Positions 17,115-26,016 of a stretch of DNA of 64,000 bases are shown here, piece by piece; the stretch's first letter is position 1, and each line of letters opens with the position of its first letter. Where the stretch lies: the NCBI GenBank assembly GCA_022792945.1, contig JAAWBZ010000083.1:7435-71434 (forward strand), read 5' to 3'. A program made the position numbers and the translations under genes. The notes under the pieces were generated by a model. That model was not told the DNA's origin, did no database searches, and worked only from the letters and a program-made list of their open reading frames with translations. The stretch is from Oscillospiraceae bacterium. Lineage in GTDB: Bacteria > Bacillota > Clostridia > Oscillospirales > Oscillospiraceae.

Positions 17115-18551
17115 ATGAGACTGCGGATTCTGCCGGCGCTGCTTCTGGCGGCTGCCGTGCTTCTGGCGCTGCCGGCGGCCTGCCGCGCCCCCGGCGGGGA
17201 GGCCGCCGGCGTGCCGGAGGCGGGAGAGGTCCTGGAGTTTGCCCGGGGCGGGACCCGGGTGACGGAGGAGACGGACCGTACAGACGGCTTTTCCGTGCAG
17301 CGGCGGGTCTACGCCCTCTACAACGGCGACGAGGCGGTGATGGGCCGTGCCGAAGCGCCGGAGGACCTGGGACCGGTCAGCCTGGCGGCGCTGGAGCTGC
17401 CGGCGGGGGCGGGGACGGTCCGCTGGTTCGACGCGGCGGCGGGCGCCTGGATCGCCGCGCCGCTGGCGGAGGCGGTTTTCAAGACCAGCTGCGCCGTGGT
17501 GACGCTGGAGGCGGGCGGGGAGTACCTGCTCTACATGCCGAAGCTCTATCAGGACCAGGGCTTTGGCACCGTTCGCTACCTCCGCGCCCTGGACGGCGCG
17601 CTGACGGTTGAGGCCTCGGAGGACGGCTGGCGGCTCACCCTGACGGCGGCCTCACTGCCGACAGGCTGTGAGGCGGACTACATGACGCTCGCCTCCCAGG
17701 TGCGGCTGTTTGAGAACCCAGCGGTGCTGGACAGCTTCTGGAGGCTGTACACCTTGGACGGCGACGGCAAATGGCGCTATGACGGCTACTACTACCCCTC
17801 GCCCGCCACCTACACCCCCAGCGGCGAGGACTGCCTCTACCGCCTGCCGGCGGCGTACCTCTGCAAGAGCTTCGTCTACGGCGCGTCCAAGGTCCGGGCC
17901 GCAGAGGACCTGGCCGTGGCCACCTTGGACGTGATGGCCCGCCAGCAGAGCCTCTACGGCTACTTTCCCACCCTGCCGGAGAGTCAGTGGCTCTCGGAGG
18001 ACTACGGCATTGGCCCGGGGTTTTACGACACGCGGTTCAACACAGAGCTGGTGGAGATCTACCTGCGGTACATCGCCCAAAATCCCTGTGAGGCGTTCAC
18101 GGCGCTGCTGGACCGCTATTTCGACTTCTATCTGGACTTCGCCGCTGTCCACCACCGGGAGACAGAGCACGGCGGCTGGCTGGTGGACGATTACTGGCAC
18201 CCGGACGGAGGCCGGGGGACGCACACCTCCTTAAACCACCAGCTGGCGGAGCTGCTGGCCCTCTATCACGGCGCGGACAGCCTGGACCGGCCCGAGCTGC
18301 GGGCGCTGGCGGACCGGATGCTCCGGGCCGTTCAGGACACCGCCCCCAGCTGGGTCCGAGCCGACGGGGACCTCCACTATGCCTGCTACCCGGACGGCTC
18401 CTATGGCGGCAGCGACTATCCCTATCTCACCTATAATGACCTCTACCATCTCCGCGAATACCTGCCCGAGCCGGTCCCGGAGCTGGAGGCGCTGATGGAG
18501 GCCAAGCGCGCCTGGATGGACCGCAGCGGTGTGACGGGATATTTGCAGTAG
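17115..18551 (+). CDS. Hypothetical lipoprotein, paralogue A of a tandem pair (478 aa)
   Basis: ATG 17115 after GGAGGTGA; signal peptide ending LPAA-C; extended -10 TGGTATAAT upstream; strongly similar to the next gene. Confidence 0.85.
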   Translation: MRLRILPALLLAAAVLLALPAACRAPGGEAAGVPEAGEVLEFARGGTRVTEETDRTDGFSVQRRVYALYNGDEAVMGRAEAPEDLGPVSLAALELPAGAGTVRWFDAAAGAWIAAPLAEAVFKTSCAVVTLEAGGEYLLYMPKLYQDQGFGTVRYLRALDGALTVEASEDGWRLTLTAASLPTGCEADYMTLASQVRLFENPAVLDSFWRLYTLDGDGKWRYDGYYYPSPATYTPSGEDCLYRLPAAYLCKSFVYGASKVRAAEDLAVATLDVMARQQSLYGYFPTLPESQWLSEDYGIGPGFYDTRFNTELVEIYLRYIAQNPCEAFTALLDRYFDFYLDFAAVHHRETEHGGWLVDDYWHPDGGRGTHTSLNHQLAELLALYHGADSLDRPELRALADRMLRAVQDTAPSWVRADGDLHYACYPDGSYGGSDYPYLTYNDLYHLREYLPEPVPELEALMEAKRAWMDRSGVTGYLQ

Positions 18552-18558
18552 AAACCAT

Positions 18559-18587
18559 TTGACCTGGCGGCGAAAACATTGTATTCT
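18559..18587 (+). promoter_or_regulatory. Sigma-A promoter for paralogue B (and probably the hem operon)
   Basis: TTGACC-17-TATTCT. Confidence 0.7.
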
Positions 18588-18623
18588 ATAGGGAGATTGT
18601 CGAAGTACAAGGAGGAACCGCCT

Positions 18624-20084
18624 ATGAATTGGATCGCCACGGGACTGGCGGGCGCGGCGCTGGCGGCGGCCGTCCTGCCGGCAGCGCTGCCGCCGGTGCA
18701 GGAGACGGCCGGGACTGCCCAGGCCTGGATGGTCCAGGCGGCTGAGCCTGCCGCGGCGCGGCGGACGCTGCATTTTGCCCAGGGGACGGCTTCGGTGACG
18801 GAGACTGTCCAGAAAGGCGTGTCTGTCCGTATCTGCGCCCTGCCCAATGGCGATACCGTCAAGATGGCCCGCCTGACGGCCCCGGCGGGGGAGGCCTGCG
18901 TGGAGGAGGTGCGCCTGGAGGGCGGCGGGACCCTCCGCTGGTACGACGCCCAGGCGGGGCAGTGGCAGTCCCAGCCCCTGCGGGCGGGTACGGTGCGGAC
19001 CGGGTGCGCTGTCATCACGATGGAGAGCGGCGGCGAGCTGTTCCTCTACACCCCCAAGGTCTACGAGCCCCTGGAGCGGGCCACGGCCCGCCACCTGCCG
19101 GCGCTGGATGGCAGCATAGAGCTGCGGCAGGACGGCGGGGGCTGGACGCTGCGCGTCCTGCTCCCGTCCCTGCCGGCAGGCTGTGAGGCGGACTATCTGC
19201 TACTCACCGGCCGGGAGGCCCTGTTCGACTGGTCCGACGAGGCCGCGGTCTACGCCGCATGGTCCGCCCACGATACCCTGGACGACACGGGGAAGTGGCG
19301 CTATGACGGCTATTACTACCGCTCGCCGGACACCTACGTTCCCGCCGGCGCAGACTGCTACTACCGCCAGCCCTCGGCGTACCTGATCGAGCACTATTTA
19401 AACCAGGCGGCGGACTGCCGCGCCGCGTGGGATCTGGCGGCGGCGTGCCTGGACGTGATGGCGCGCCAGCAGAACGTCTACGGCTACTTTCCCACCCAGC
19501 CGGAGAGCCAGTGGCTGGCGGAGGACTACGGCATCGGCCCGGGGTTTTACGATACCCGCTTCAACTCTGATCTGGCTGAAAATTTCTACCGCTTCGGGCA
19601 GCTGGGCCGCTGCCGGGAGTTTGACGCGGTGATGGACCGCTATTTTGACTTCTACCTGACCTTTGCCGCCGACCACCACCAGGAAACCCGGAACGGCGGC
19701 TGGCTGGTGGACGACTACGGCGACCCCGCGGGGGCCGGCGCGCTTCACACGTCGCTGAACCACCAGCTTTCGGAGATTTTGACGCTCTACCGCTTTTCAG
19801 AGGTCCTGGCGCGCCCGGAGCTGTCCGCCCTGGCCGAGCGGATGCTCCAGGCGGTGGAGGACACCGAGACGGCCTGGATTGCCCCCGGCGGCGATCTGCA
19901 CTACGCCGTCTTTGCCGACGGGCGGTATGGCAACGCCGACTACCCCTACCTCACCTATAACGACCTCTTCAAGCTTCGTCAGTACCTCGCGTCCCAGGGC
20001 CGCACGGTCCCCGCCGTCCAGCGGCTGATGGACGCCAAGCGCGCCTGGATGGATGCCCACGGCGTCACGGAATATCTCCGGTAG
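18624..20084 (+). CDS. Hypothetical exported protein, paralogue B of a tandem pair (486 aa)
   Basis: ATG 18624 after AAGGAGG; hydrophobic N-terminus; shares GKWRYDGYYY, EDYGIGPGFYDTRFN, HTSLNHQL and DYPYLTYNDL with paralogue A. Confidence 0.85.
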   Translation: MNWIATGLAGAALAAAVLPAALPPVQETAGTAQAWMVQAAEPAAARRTLHFAQGTASVTETVQKGVSVRICALPNGDTVKMARLTAPAGEACVEEVRLEGGGTLRWYDAQAGQWQSQPLRAGTVRTGCAVITMESGGELFLYTPKVYEPLERATARHLPALDGSIELRQDGGGWTLRVLLPSLPAGCEADYLLLTGREALFDWSDEAAVYAAWSAHDTLDDTGKWRYDGYYYRSPDTYVPAGADCYYRQPSAYLIEHYLNQAADCRAAWDLAAACLDVMARQQNVYGYFPTQPESQWLAEDYGIGPGFYDTRFNSDLAENFYRFGQLGRCREFDAVMDRYFDFYLTFAADHHQETRNGGWLVDDYGDPAGAGALHTSLNHQLSEILTLYRFSEVLARPELSALAERMLQAVEDTETAWIAPGGDLHYAVFADGRYGNADYPYLTYNDLFKLRQYLASQGRTVPAVQRLMDAKRAWMDAHGVTEYLR

Positions 20085-20094
20085 GGGGCGCGGC

Positions 20095-21300
20095 ATGGAG
20101 CTTTGGATGACCGGCATTGACCACGCTCGCGCGCCCCTGGCGGTGCGCGAGCGCTTCGCCATGACGAAACGGCAGCAGGCGTGGCTGCTGGAGACGCTCC
20201 AGACCCAGGAGGGTGTCTTGGGCGCGGCGGTTCTGGCCACCTGCAACCGGACGGCGGTCTGGGTGCACTGTCTCCCTGGCGATACTCCGCCGCTGGTCCG
20301 GCGCCTCTGTGAGGCGGTGGAGGCGCCGAGGGCGGATGGGGCATATCTCCACAGCTGTACAGGTGAGGCGGCGGTCCAGACGCTGTTTGAAACGGCAGCG
20401 GGGCTGCGCTCCCGCATTTTCGGCGAGGACCAGATCCTGACCCAGGTGAAGGAGGCACTGGAGCGCGCCCGGGCCGGCGGCTTTGCCGACGGCGTCATCG
20501 AGGTGCTGTTCCGCATGGCCGTTACATCCGCCAAGCAGGTCAAGACAGGGCTGCAAACGGCGCTGGTCAACACCAGCGCCGTGGACTGCGCCCTGGCGCG
20601 GCTGCGGGAGACCGGATACGACCTGCGGGGGCGGCGATGTCTGGTGATCGGCAACGGCAAAATGGGAAAGCTGGCGGCTCAGGCGCTACGGGAGGCCGGC
20701 GCGGACGTTACCGTGACCGTTCGGCAGTACCGCGGCGGCGTGGTGGAGATCCCCGCTGGGTGCCGCCGCATCGACTACGGCCAGCGGCTGGCGCTGTTTC
20801 CTCAGAGCGAGCTGATCCTCAGCGCCACCGCCAGTCCCAACGTCACCGTCAAATACGAGGAAGCCGCTGCCGCAGGCCTGCGGCCCGGCGCGGTGCTCAT
20901 CGATCTGGCGGTCCCACGGGATATCGATCCCCGGGTGGCGTCACTGGGAGTGACACTGTGGGATATCGACCAGTTTTCCGTTCCGGAGACCGCCCGGCTG
21001 GCTGAGGCCCGGGCTTGGGCGGGTTCTGTGCTGGCGGCGGGAGAGGCGGCCTTTGCCACCTGGTACCACTGCCGCGATCTGATCCCCCGGCTGGATGCTC
21101 TGTCCCGGCGCTTCGGCAGGGACGCCGCCAACCGTATCTCCAAGGAGATACCAACCTCTATACGGACCCAGGCGGCATCTGGGGCGGAGAAGGAGCTGCG
21201 CCGTCTTCTGTTCGCCGTCCGCGACCGGGCGGGGGCCGCGGCGTTCCGCCAGTGCGTCGAGGCGGTGGAGCTGGCCATGGATGGCAGGGGGCGCGTGTGA
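20095..21300 (+). CDS. hemA: Glutamyl-tRNA reductase
   Basis: GIDH...RE, LATCNRT (catalytic Cys), GEDQILTQVK, IGNGKMG and IDLAVPRDI motifs. Confidence 0.93.
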   Translation: MELWMTGIDHARAPLAVRERFAMTKRQQAWLLETLQTQEGVLGAAVLATCNRTAVWVHCLPGDTPPLVRRLCEAVEAPRADGAYLHSCTGEAAVQTLFETAAGLRSRIFGEDQILTQVKEALERARAGGFADGVIEVLFRMAVTSAKQVKTGLQTALVNTSAVDCALARLRETGYDLRGRRCLVIGNGKMGKLAAQALREAGADVTVTVRQYRGGVVEIPAGCRRIDYGQRLALFPQSELILSATASPNVTVKYEEAAAAGLRPGAVLIDLAVPRDIDPRVASLGVTLWDIDQFSVPETARLAEARAWAGSVLAAGEAAFATWYHCRDLIPRLDALSRRFGRDAANRISKEIPTSIRTQAASGAEKELRRLLFAVRDRAGAAAFRQCVEAVELAMDGRGRV

Positions 21301-21827
21301 TGCGGCTGCTTTTTGCCATGGACGCCCGGGATTACGACCCGGCAGGCCCCGCTTTTGTCCGCGACGCGGTTCGGGCTGTGATCTGGGACGGCGCGCGGCT
21401 GGCGATGGTCTACAGCCGGCGGTACCTCTACTATAAATTCCCGGGCGGCGGTCTGGAGCCGGGGGAGACGCATCTCGCCGCTCTCTGCCGAGAGACGCGG
21501 GAGGAAACCGGTCTTGTCATCCTGCCGGAGACGGTCCGGCCCTATGGCCGCGTGCAGCAGGTCCAGCGGGGCCTTTGGGAGCCGGTGTTCATCCAAAACA
21601 GCTTCTATTACCTATGCTGTGCCGCAGGGCCGGTCGGATCCCAGCGTCTGGACGCCTATGAGGCTGAGGAGGGCTTTCTCCTGCGCTTCGTTCCGCCGGA
21701 GGCAGCTATGGAGGTCAACCGCACCGCGCCGCCCTACGGTCTGGACCTGTACATGGTCCGCCGGGAGCTGCGGGTGCTGGAGCAGCTGCGCCGGGAGGGT
21801 GTGCTGGGAAAGGAGACGACTTTATGA
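21300..21827 (+). CDS. NUDIX hydrolase
   Basis: Nudix box FPGGGLEPGETHLAALCRETREETGL; start overlaps the hemA stop (21297 or 21300). Confidence 0.88.
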   Translation: MRLLFAMDARDYDPAGPAFVRDAVRAVIWDGARLAMVYSRRYLYYKFPGGGLEPGETHLAALCRETREETGLVILPETVRPYGRVQQVQRGLWEPVFIQNSFYYLCCAAGPVGSQRLDAYEAEEGFLLRFVPPEAAMEVNRTAPPYGLDLYMVRRELRVLEQLRREGVLGKETTL

Positions 21828-22249
21828 AGCAAAAAGATTGGATTTGGCGGACGTTGGCCGTTCTGTTTCTGATTTCCACGATTCTTTTCGGGTCCCTCTG
21901 GCTTCAGGAACGCCGGGAGTGCGCGGACCTCCGCGCCCTGGCAGAGTACCACGCCCGGGACGCCGGCGAACGGTTCCAGGCGTACCTGGCGCATGGCGAG
22001 GAGAGCGACTATTGGTACGGCGTCGCCGCCTTGCGCGGCTTTGAGCAGGCATATCTGGCCTGGAAGGGCGCGGCAGACAGCAACTATACCTTCTGCAACG
22101 AGGTCTACGGCGCCTTGGTCCTCGCGCCCGCCCAGGGCCAGGACCAGGCCGCGGAGCTGGGCGAAATTCTGGCGCTTTTGGCAGAAGATGCGGCAGACCG
22201 CAACGCTTTTGTGCGTTTGGATGCGCTGCGGCATACGCTGCGCAGTTAG
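21824..22249 (+). CDS. Hypothetical membrane-anchored protein (141 aa)
   Basis: AAGGAG SD, overlaps the NUDIX stop, one N-terminal TM then a helical domain. Confidence 0.7.
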   Translation: MKQKDWIWRTLAVLFLISTILFGSLWLQERRECADLRALAEYHARDAGERFQAYLAHGEESDYWYGVAALRGFEQAYLAWKGAADSNYTFCNEVYGALVLAPAQGQDQAAELGEILALLAEDAADRNAFVRLDALRHTLRS

Positions 22250-22257
22250 GAGACGAA

Positions 22258-22707
22258 ATGGGAAAATTTTTTCCGCTCTATATCTCCCTGGAGAGATGCC
22301 GAGTCCTGGTCTACGGCGGCGGGCGCATCGCGTCCCGCCGGGTGGGCGTGTTGGCCCAATTTGGGGCGTCCATTCGGATTATCTCTCCAGAGATACAGCC
22401 TGAGACGAGATATCTCCCTGAAGTTACCTATGAACCGGGCGTCTTTGACCCCGCGACCATGCCGTCAGCGGATCTGGTCCTGGCGGCGACCAGCGACCCC
22501 GCTGTCAACCACGCCGTTGCGGTTCTCTGCCGCGCCCGGGGCATCCCGGTGAACAGCGCGTCAGACCAGGCGGACTGCGACTTTCAGTTCCCGGCGGTGG
22601 CGATCCAGGGGCCGCTGGTGGCGGGCGTCAACGCCGGCGGTTTGGATCACGCACTGGTGCGCCGCGCGGCGGCGGCGATCCGGCGGACATTGGAGGAATT
22701 GGCATGA
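22258..22707 (+). CDS. Precorrin-2 dehydrogenase / sirohydrochlorin ferrochelatase (SirC/Met8-like, short form)
   Basis: FFPLYISL, VYGGGRIASRR, LAATSD and VNSASD...CDFQFPA motifs. Confidence 0.85.
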   Translation: MGKFFPLYISLERCRVLVYGGGRIASRRVGVLAQFGASIRIISPEIQPETRYLPEVTYEPGVFDPATMPSADLVLAATSDPAVNHAVAVLCRARGIPVNSASDQADCDFQFPAVAIQGPLVAGVNAGGLDHALVRRAAAAIRRTLEELA

Positions 22708-23582
22708 AAACTGTTCGCATCGGCACCCGGGGCAGTGCGCTGGCCCTGGCCCAGGCCAGACTGCTGCTGGAATTTCTGTGTGAGAGGGGTATCTCTTCGG
22801 AGATAGTTCCCATCCGGACCACCGGAGACCGGATTCAGGACCGCACTCTGGCGGAGATTGGTGGCAAGGGCCTCTTCGTTCGGGAGCTGGACCAGGCGCT
22901 TCGGGCAGGGCTTTGCGACGTGGCGGTCCACTCCTGTAAGGACCTGCCCATGGAATTGCCGGCGGACCTGCCAGTTTTGGGCTGCTCCGCCCGGGAGAAC
23001 CCGAGGGATGTTCTGGTCCTGCCGGCGGGCAGGACGGCCTGGGACCGCGCCCGTCCGGTGGGCACGTGTAGCCCCCGCCGGTCCGTACAGCTGAAGAGAT
23101 ACAGCCCGGGTATTGCCATTGAGCCGGTCCGGGGCAATGTGGAGAGCCGCCTGCGGAAGCTGGACGGCGGTGCGTTCGGCGCGCTGGTTCTGGCGGCGGC
23201 GGGCCTTAGGCGGCTGGGCCTCGCGGCGCGGATCAGCCGGTATTTTTCCGCGGAGGAGATGACTCCCGCTCCCGGCCAAGGCGCGCTGTGTGTCCAGGGC
23301 AGGGCGGGGGAGGACTACGGGTATCTTTCGGACTTTTTTGACCGGGCGGTGATGGCTGCGGTCCGCGCTGAGCGCGCCTTTGCGGCGGCCATTGGCGGCG
23401 GCTGTGCAAGTCCGGCGGGGGCGTTTGCCCAGGTGTGTGAGGGGGAATTGCACCTGCTGGCCTTTGCGGCGGACGCGGACGGCGGCTTCCGCCGCCGCGC
23501 GCTGTGCGGCGCGGCGGACGCCCCGGAACGGCTGGGCGAGGCGCTGGCGCGGCGGTTTCAGGAGGGAGGTGCGGCGGAGTGA
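22704..23582 (+). CDS. hemC: Hydroxymethylbilane synthase
   Basis: IGTRGSALALAQ, GGKGLFVREL, VHSCKD, RGNVESRL and GGGC motifs. Confidence 0.95.
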   Translation: MKTVRIGTRGSALALAQARLLLEFLCERGISSEIVPIRTTGDRIQDRTLAEIGGKGLFVRELDQALRAGLCDVAVHSCKDLPMELPADLPVLGCSARENPRDVLVLPAGRTAWDRARPVGTCSPRRSVQLKRYSPGIAIEPVRGNVESRLRKLDGGAFGALVLAAAGLRRLGLAARISRYFSAEEMTPAPGQGALCVQGRAGEDYGYLSDFFDRAVMAAVRAERAFAAAIGGGCASPAGAFAQVCEGELHLLAFAADADGGFRRRALCGAADAPERLGEALARRFQEGGAAE

Positions 23583-25030
23583 GCGGCAAGGTCTATTTGG
23601 TGGGGGCCGGCCCTGGTGATGCGGGGCTTTTGACCCTGTCTGGTCGGGCGGTGCTGTCCCGCGCGGATGTGGTGGTCTACGACGCCCTGGTCGGCCCGGC
23701 GGTGCTGGCCATGGCCCCGGCGGGGGCCCGATGCGTGGACGCCGGCAAGCGGGCAGGGCGGCACACCCTGGCGCAGTCGGAGATTCACGACCTCCTTTTG
23801 GCGGAGGCCCTGGCGGGTCGGACGGTGGTGCGGCTCCAGGGGGGAGACCCGTTTCTCTTTGGGCGGGGCGGCGAGGAGCTGGCTTTTCTGCGGTCCCGGG
23901 GTGTTCCCTGCGAGGTGATCCCGGGCGTTTCCGCGGCTCTGGCCGCACCGGCCTGCGCCGGCCTCCCTGTGACACACCGCGAAGCGGCGTCCTCAGTCCA
24001 CATCCTCACGGCCCACCGGCAGGCGGGCGCGCCGCTGGAGCTGGATTTCGCCTCTCTGGCGCGGCTGGAGGGAACGCTGGTGTTCCTCATGGGACTGGCG
24101 GCCCTGCCAGCGCTGTGCCGGGGGCTTCTGGAGGCGGGCATGGACCCGGAGACGCCCGCCGCGGCCGTCTCCCGGGGGAGCACGGCGGGACAGCGGCAGG
24201 TGCAATCGTCTCTGGCGGCGCTGCCGGAGGCTGCGCGCGGCCTGGAAGCTCCCGCGGTGATCGTAGTGGGCCGTGTCTGCGCCCTGTCGCAGGACTGGCG
24301 CGCGGCGCTGCCCCTGGGCGGCAAGCTGTTCCTGGTGACGCGGCCGCGGGAACGGGCGGCTTCACTGCTGGCGGGGCTCCGCGCCCTGGGGGCTGAGGCG
24401 GTGCCGTATCCCACGGTGGCCCTGCAGCCCCTGCCGGGCGCCGATCTCTCGGCGCTGGCGGACTGCCGGTGGCTGGCGCTGACCAGCCCGTCGGGAGTGG
24501 ACATTTTCTTCGACCGCCTCCGCGCCCTGGGGAGGGATGTCCGGTCGCTTTCCCATCTGCGGATCGCCGCTCTGGGGGCCGGCACCGCCGCGGCCCTGGC
24601 CGCGCGCGGCGTCTTTGCCGACCTGGTGCCGGAGACCTATGACACCGCGTCCCTGGGGGAGGCCTTGGCGGCTATTCTGCGGCCTGGTGAACGGGTACTC
24701 CTGGCCCGGGCCAGGGCGGGAAGTCCTGAGCTGCCCCGCTGCCTGCCGCCGGGCTCTTATTACGACGTACCGCTGTATGAAACTGTGTTCCACAAGCCGG
24801 CCCTGCCGGCCCTGCCGCCGCTGCTGGAGGCGGGGGCGCGCGTGGTGTTCACCAGCGCTTCCACGGTCCGCGGCCTTGCCGCGGCGACGGGGCGGAACCT
24901 GACGGGAGTACCGGCGCTGTGCATCGGCCGGCAGACGGCGGAGGCCGCGCAGGAATTTGGAATGAATCCCTATATCGCCCGGACCGCCACGGTGGACGGT
25001 CTGGTGGAACTGGCATTGGAGGTGCCTTAA
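23579..25030 (+). CDS. cobA: Uroporphyrinogen-III C-methyltransferase / uroporphyrinogen-III synthase fusion (CobA/HemD)
   Basis: GTG 23579; VYLVGAGPGD, GGDPFLFGRGGEE, then HemD motifs LVTRP, LTSPSGV and FTSASTV. Confidence 0.92.
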   Translation: MSGKVYLVGAGPGDAGLLTLSGRAVLSRADVVVYDALVGPAVLAMAPAGARCVDAGKRAGRHTLAQSEIHDLLLAEALAGRTVVRLQGGDPFLFGRGGEELAFLRSRGVPCEVIPGVSAALAAPACAGLPVTHREAASSVHILTAHRQAGAPLELDFASLARLEGTLVFLMGLAALPALCRGLLEAGMDPETPAAAVSRGSTAGQRQVQSSLAALPEAARGLEAPAVIVVGRVCALSQDWRAALPLGGKLFLVTRPRERAASLLAGLRALGAEAVPYPTVALQPLPGADLSALADCRWLALTSPSGVDIFFDRLRALGRDVRSLSHLRIAALGAGTAAALAARGVFADLVPETYDTASLGEALAAILRPGERVLLARARAGSPELPRCLPPGSYYDVPLYETVFHKPALPALPPLLEAGARVVFTSASTVRGLAAATGRNLTGVPALCIGRQTAEAAQEFGMNPYIARTATVDGLVELALEVP

Positions 25031-25032
25031 TC

Positions 25033-26016
25033 ATGGAACTGACTGAACGTCCCCGCCGCCTGCGGAGCTGCGCGGCGCTGCGACGCATGGTCCGGGAGAC
25101 ACGGATGGACAAATCGTCGCTGGTCTATCCCGCCTTTGTGGTGGAGGGACAGGGGAGAAGGGAGGAGATTTCCTCCATGCCCGGGCAGTACCGCCACAGC
25201 GCGGACCGGCTGCTGGATCTGGCTGAGGCGCTGCTGGAGGCCGGCGTGGACAAGATGATGCTCTTCGGCATCCCCGCCCGCAAGGACGCCTGCGGCAGCG
25301 AGGCCTGCGCGGAGCACGGCGTGGTCCAGCAGGCCATGCGCGCGCTGAAGGCCCGTTTCCCGAAGCTGTACCTGATCGGCGACGTGTGCATGTGCGAGTA
25401 CACCTCACACGGACATTGCGGCATTCTCAAGGGCGAGACCGTGGACAACGATAAAACGCTCGGGTCCCTGGCCCGCATCGCCGTGAGTCAGGCGGAGGCA
25501 GGGGCGGATATGGTGGCGCCCTCGGATATGATGGACGGTCGCGTGGGGGCCATCCGTGCGGCACTGGACCGGGCGGGCCATGAGGGGACGCCGATTCTCT
25601 CCTACGCCGTCAAATACGCCTCATCCTTCTACGGCCCCTTCCGGGACGCCGCCGAATCGGCCCCGGCCTTCGGCGACCGCAAGACGTATCAGATGGACTA
25701 CCACAACCGCCGCGAGGCGCTGAGGGAGGCCCGCCTGGACATCCAGGAGGGCGCGGACATTTTAATGGTGAAGCCCGCCATGGCCTACGGCGATGTGATC
25801 GCCCAGGTCAAGGCCGCGACGGACCTGCCGGTGGCGGCCTACAGCGTCAGCGGCGAGTACAGCATGGTCAAGGCCTGCGCCCGCCAGGGGTTCATCAACG
25901 AGGCGGGCGTGATGTGCGAGCTGGCCGCGGCGGCCTACCGGGCAGGGGCGGATATCTACATCACCTACTTCGCCCCGGAGCTGGCCCGGGCCATGGACGA
26001 GGGGAGGATCGGCTGA
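25033..26016 (+). CDS. hemB: Porphobilinogen synthase
   Basis: RPRRLR, DVCMCEYTSHGHCG, APSDMMDG and MVKPA motifs. Confidence 0.97.
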   Translation: MELTERPRRLRSCAALRRMVRETRMDKSSLVYPAFVVEGQGRREEISSMPGQYRHSADRLLDLAEALLEAGVDKMMLFGIPARKDACGSEACAEHGVVQQAMRALKARFPKLYLIGDVCMCEYTSHGHCGILKGETVDNDKTLGSLARIAVSQAEAGADMVAPSDMMDGRVGAIRAALDRAGHEGTPILSYAVKYASSFYGPFRDAAESAPAFGDRKTYQMDYHNRREALREARLDIQEGADILMVKPAMAYGDVIAQVKAATDLPVAAYSVSGEYSMVKACARQGFINEAGVMCELAAAAYRAGADIYITYFAPELARAMDEGRIG

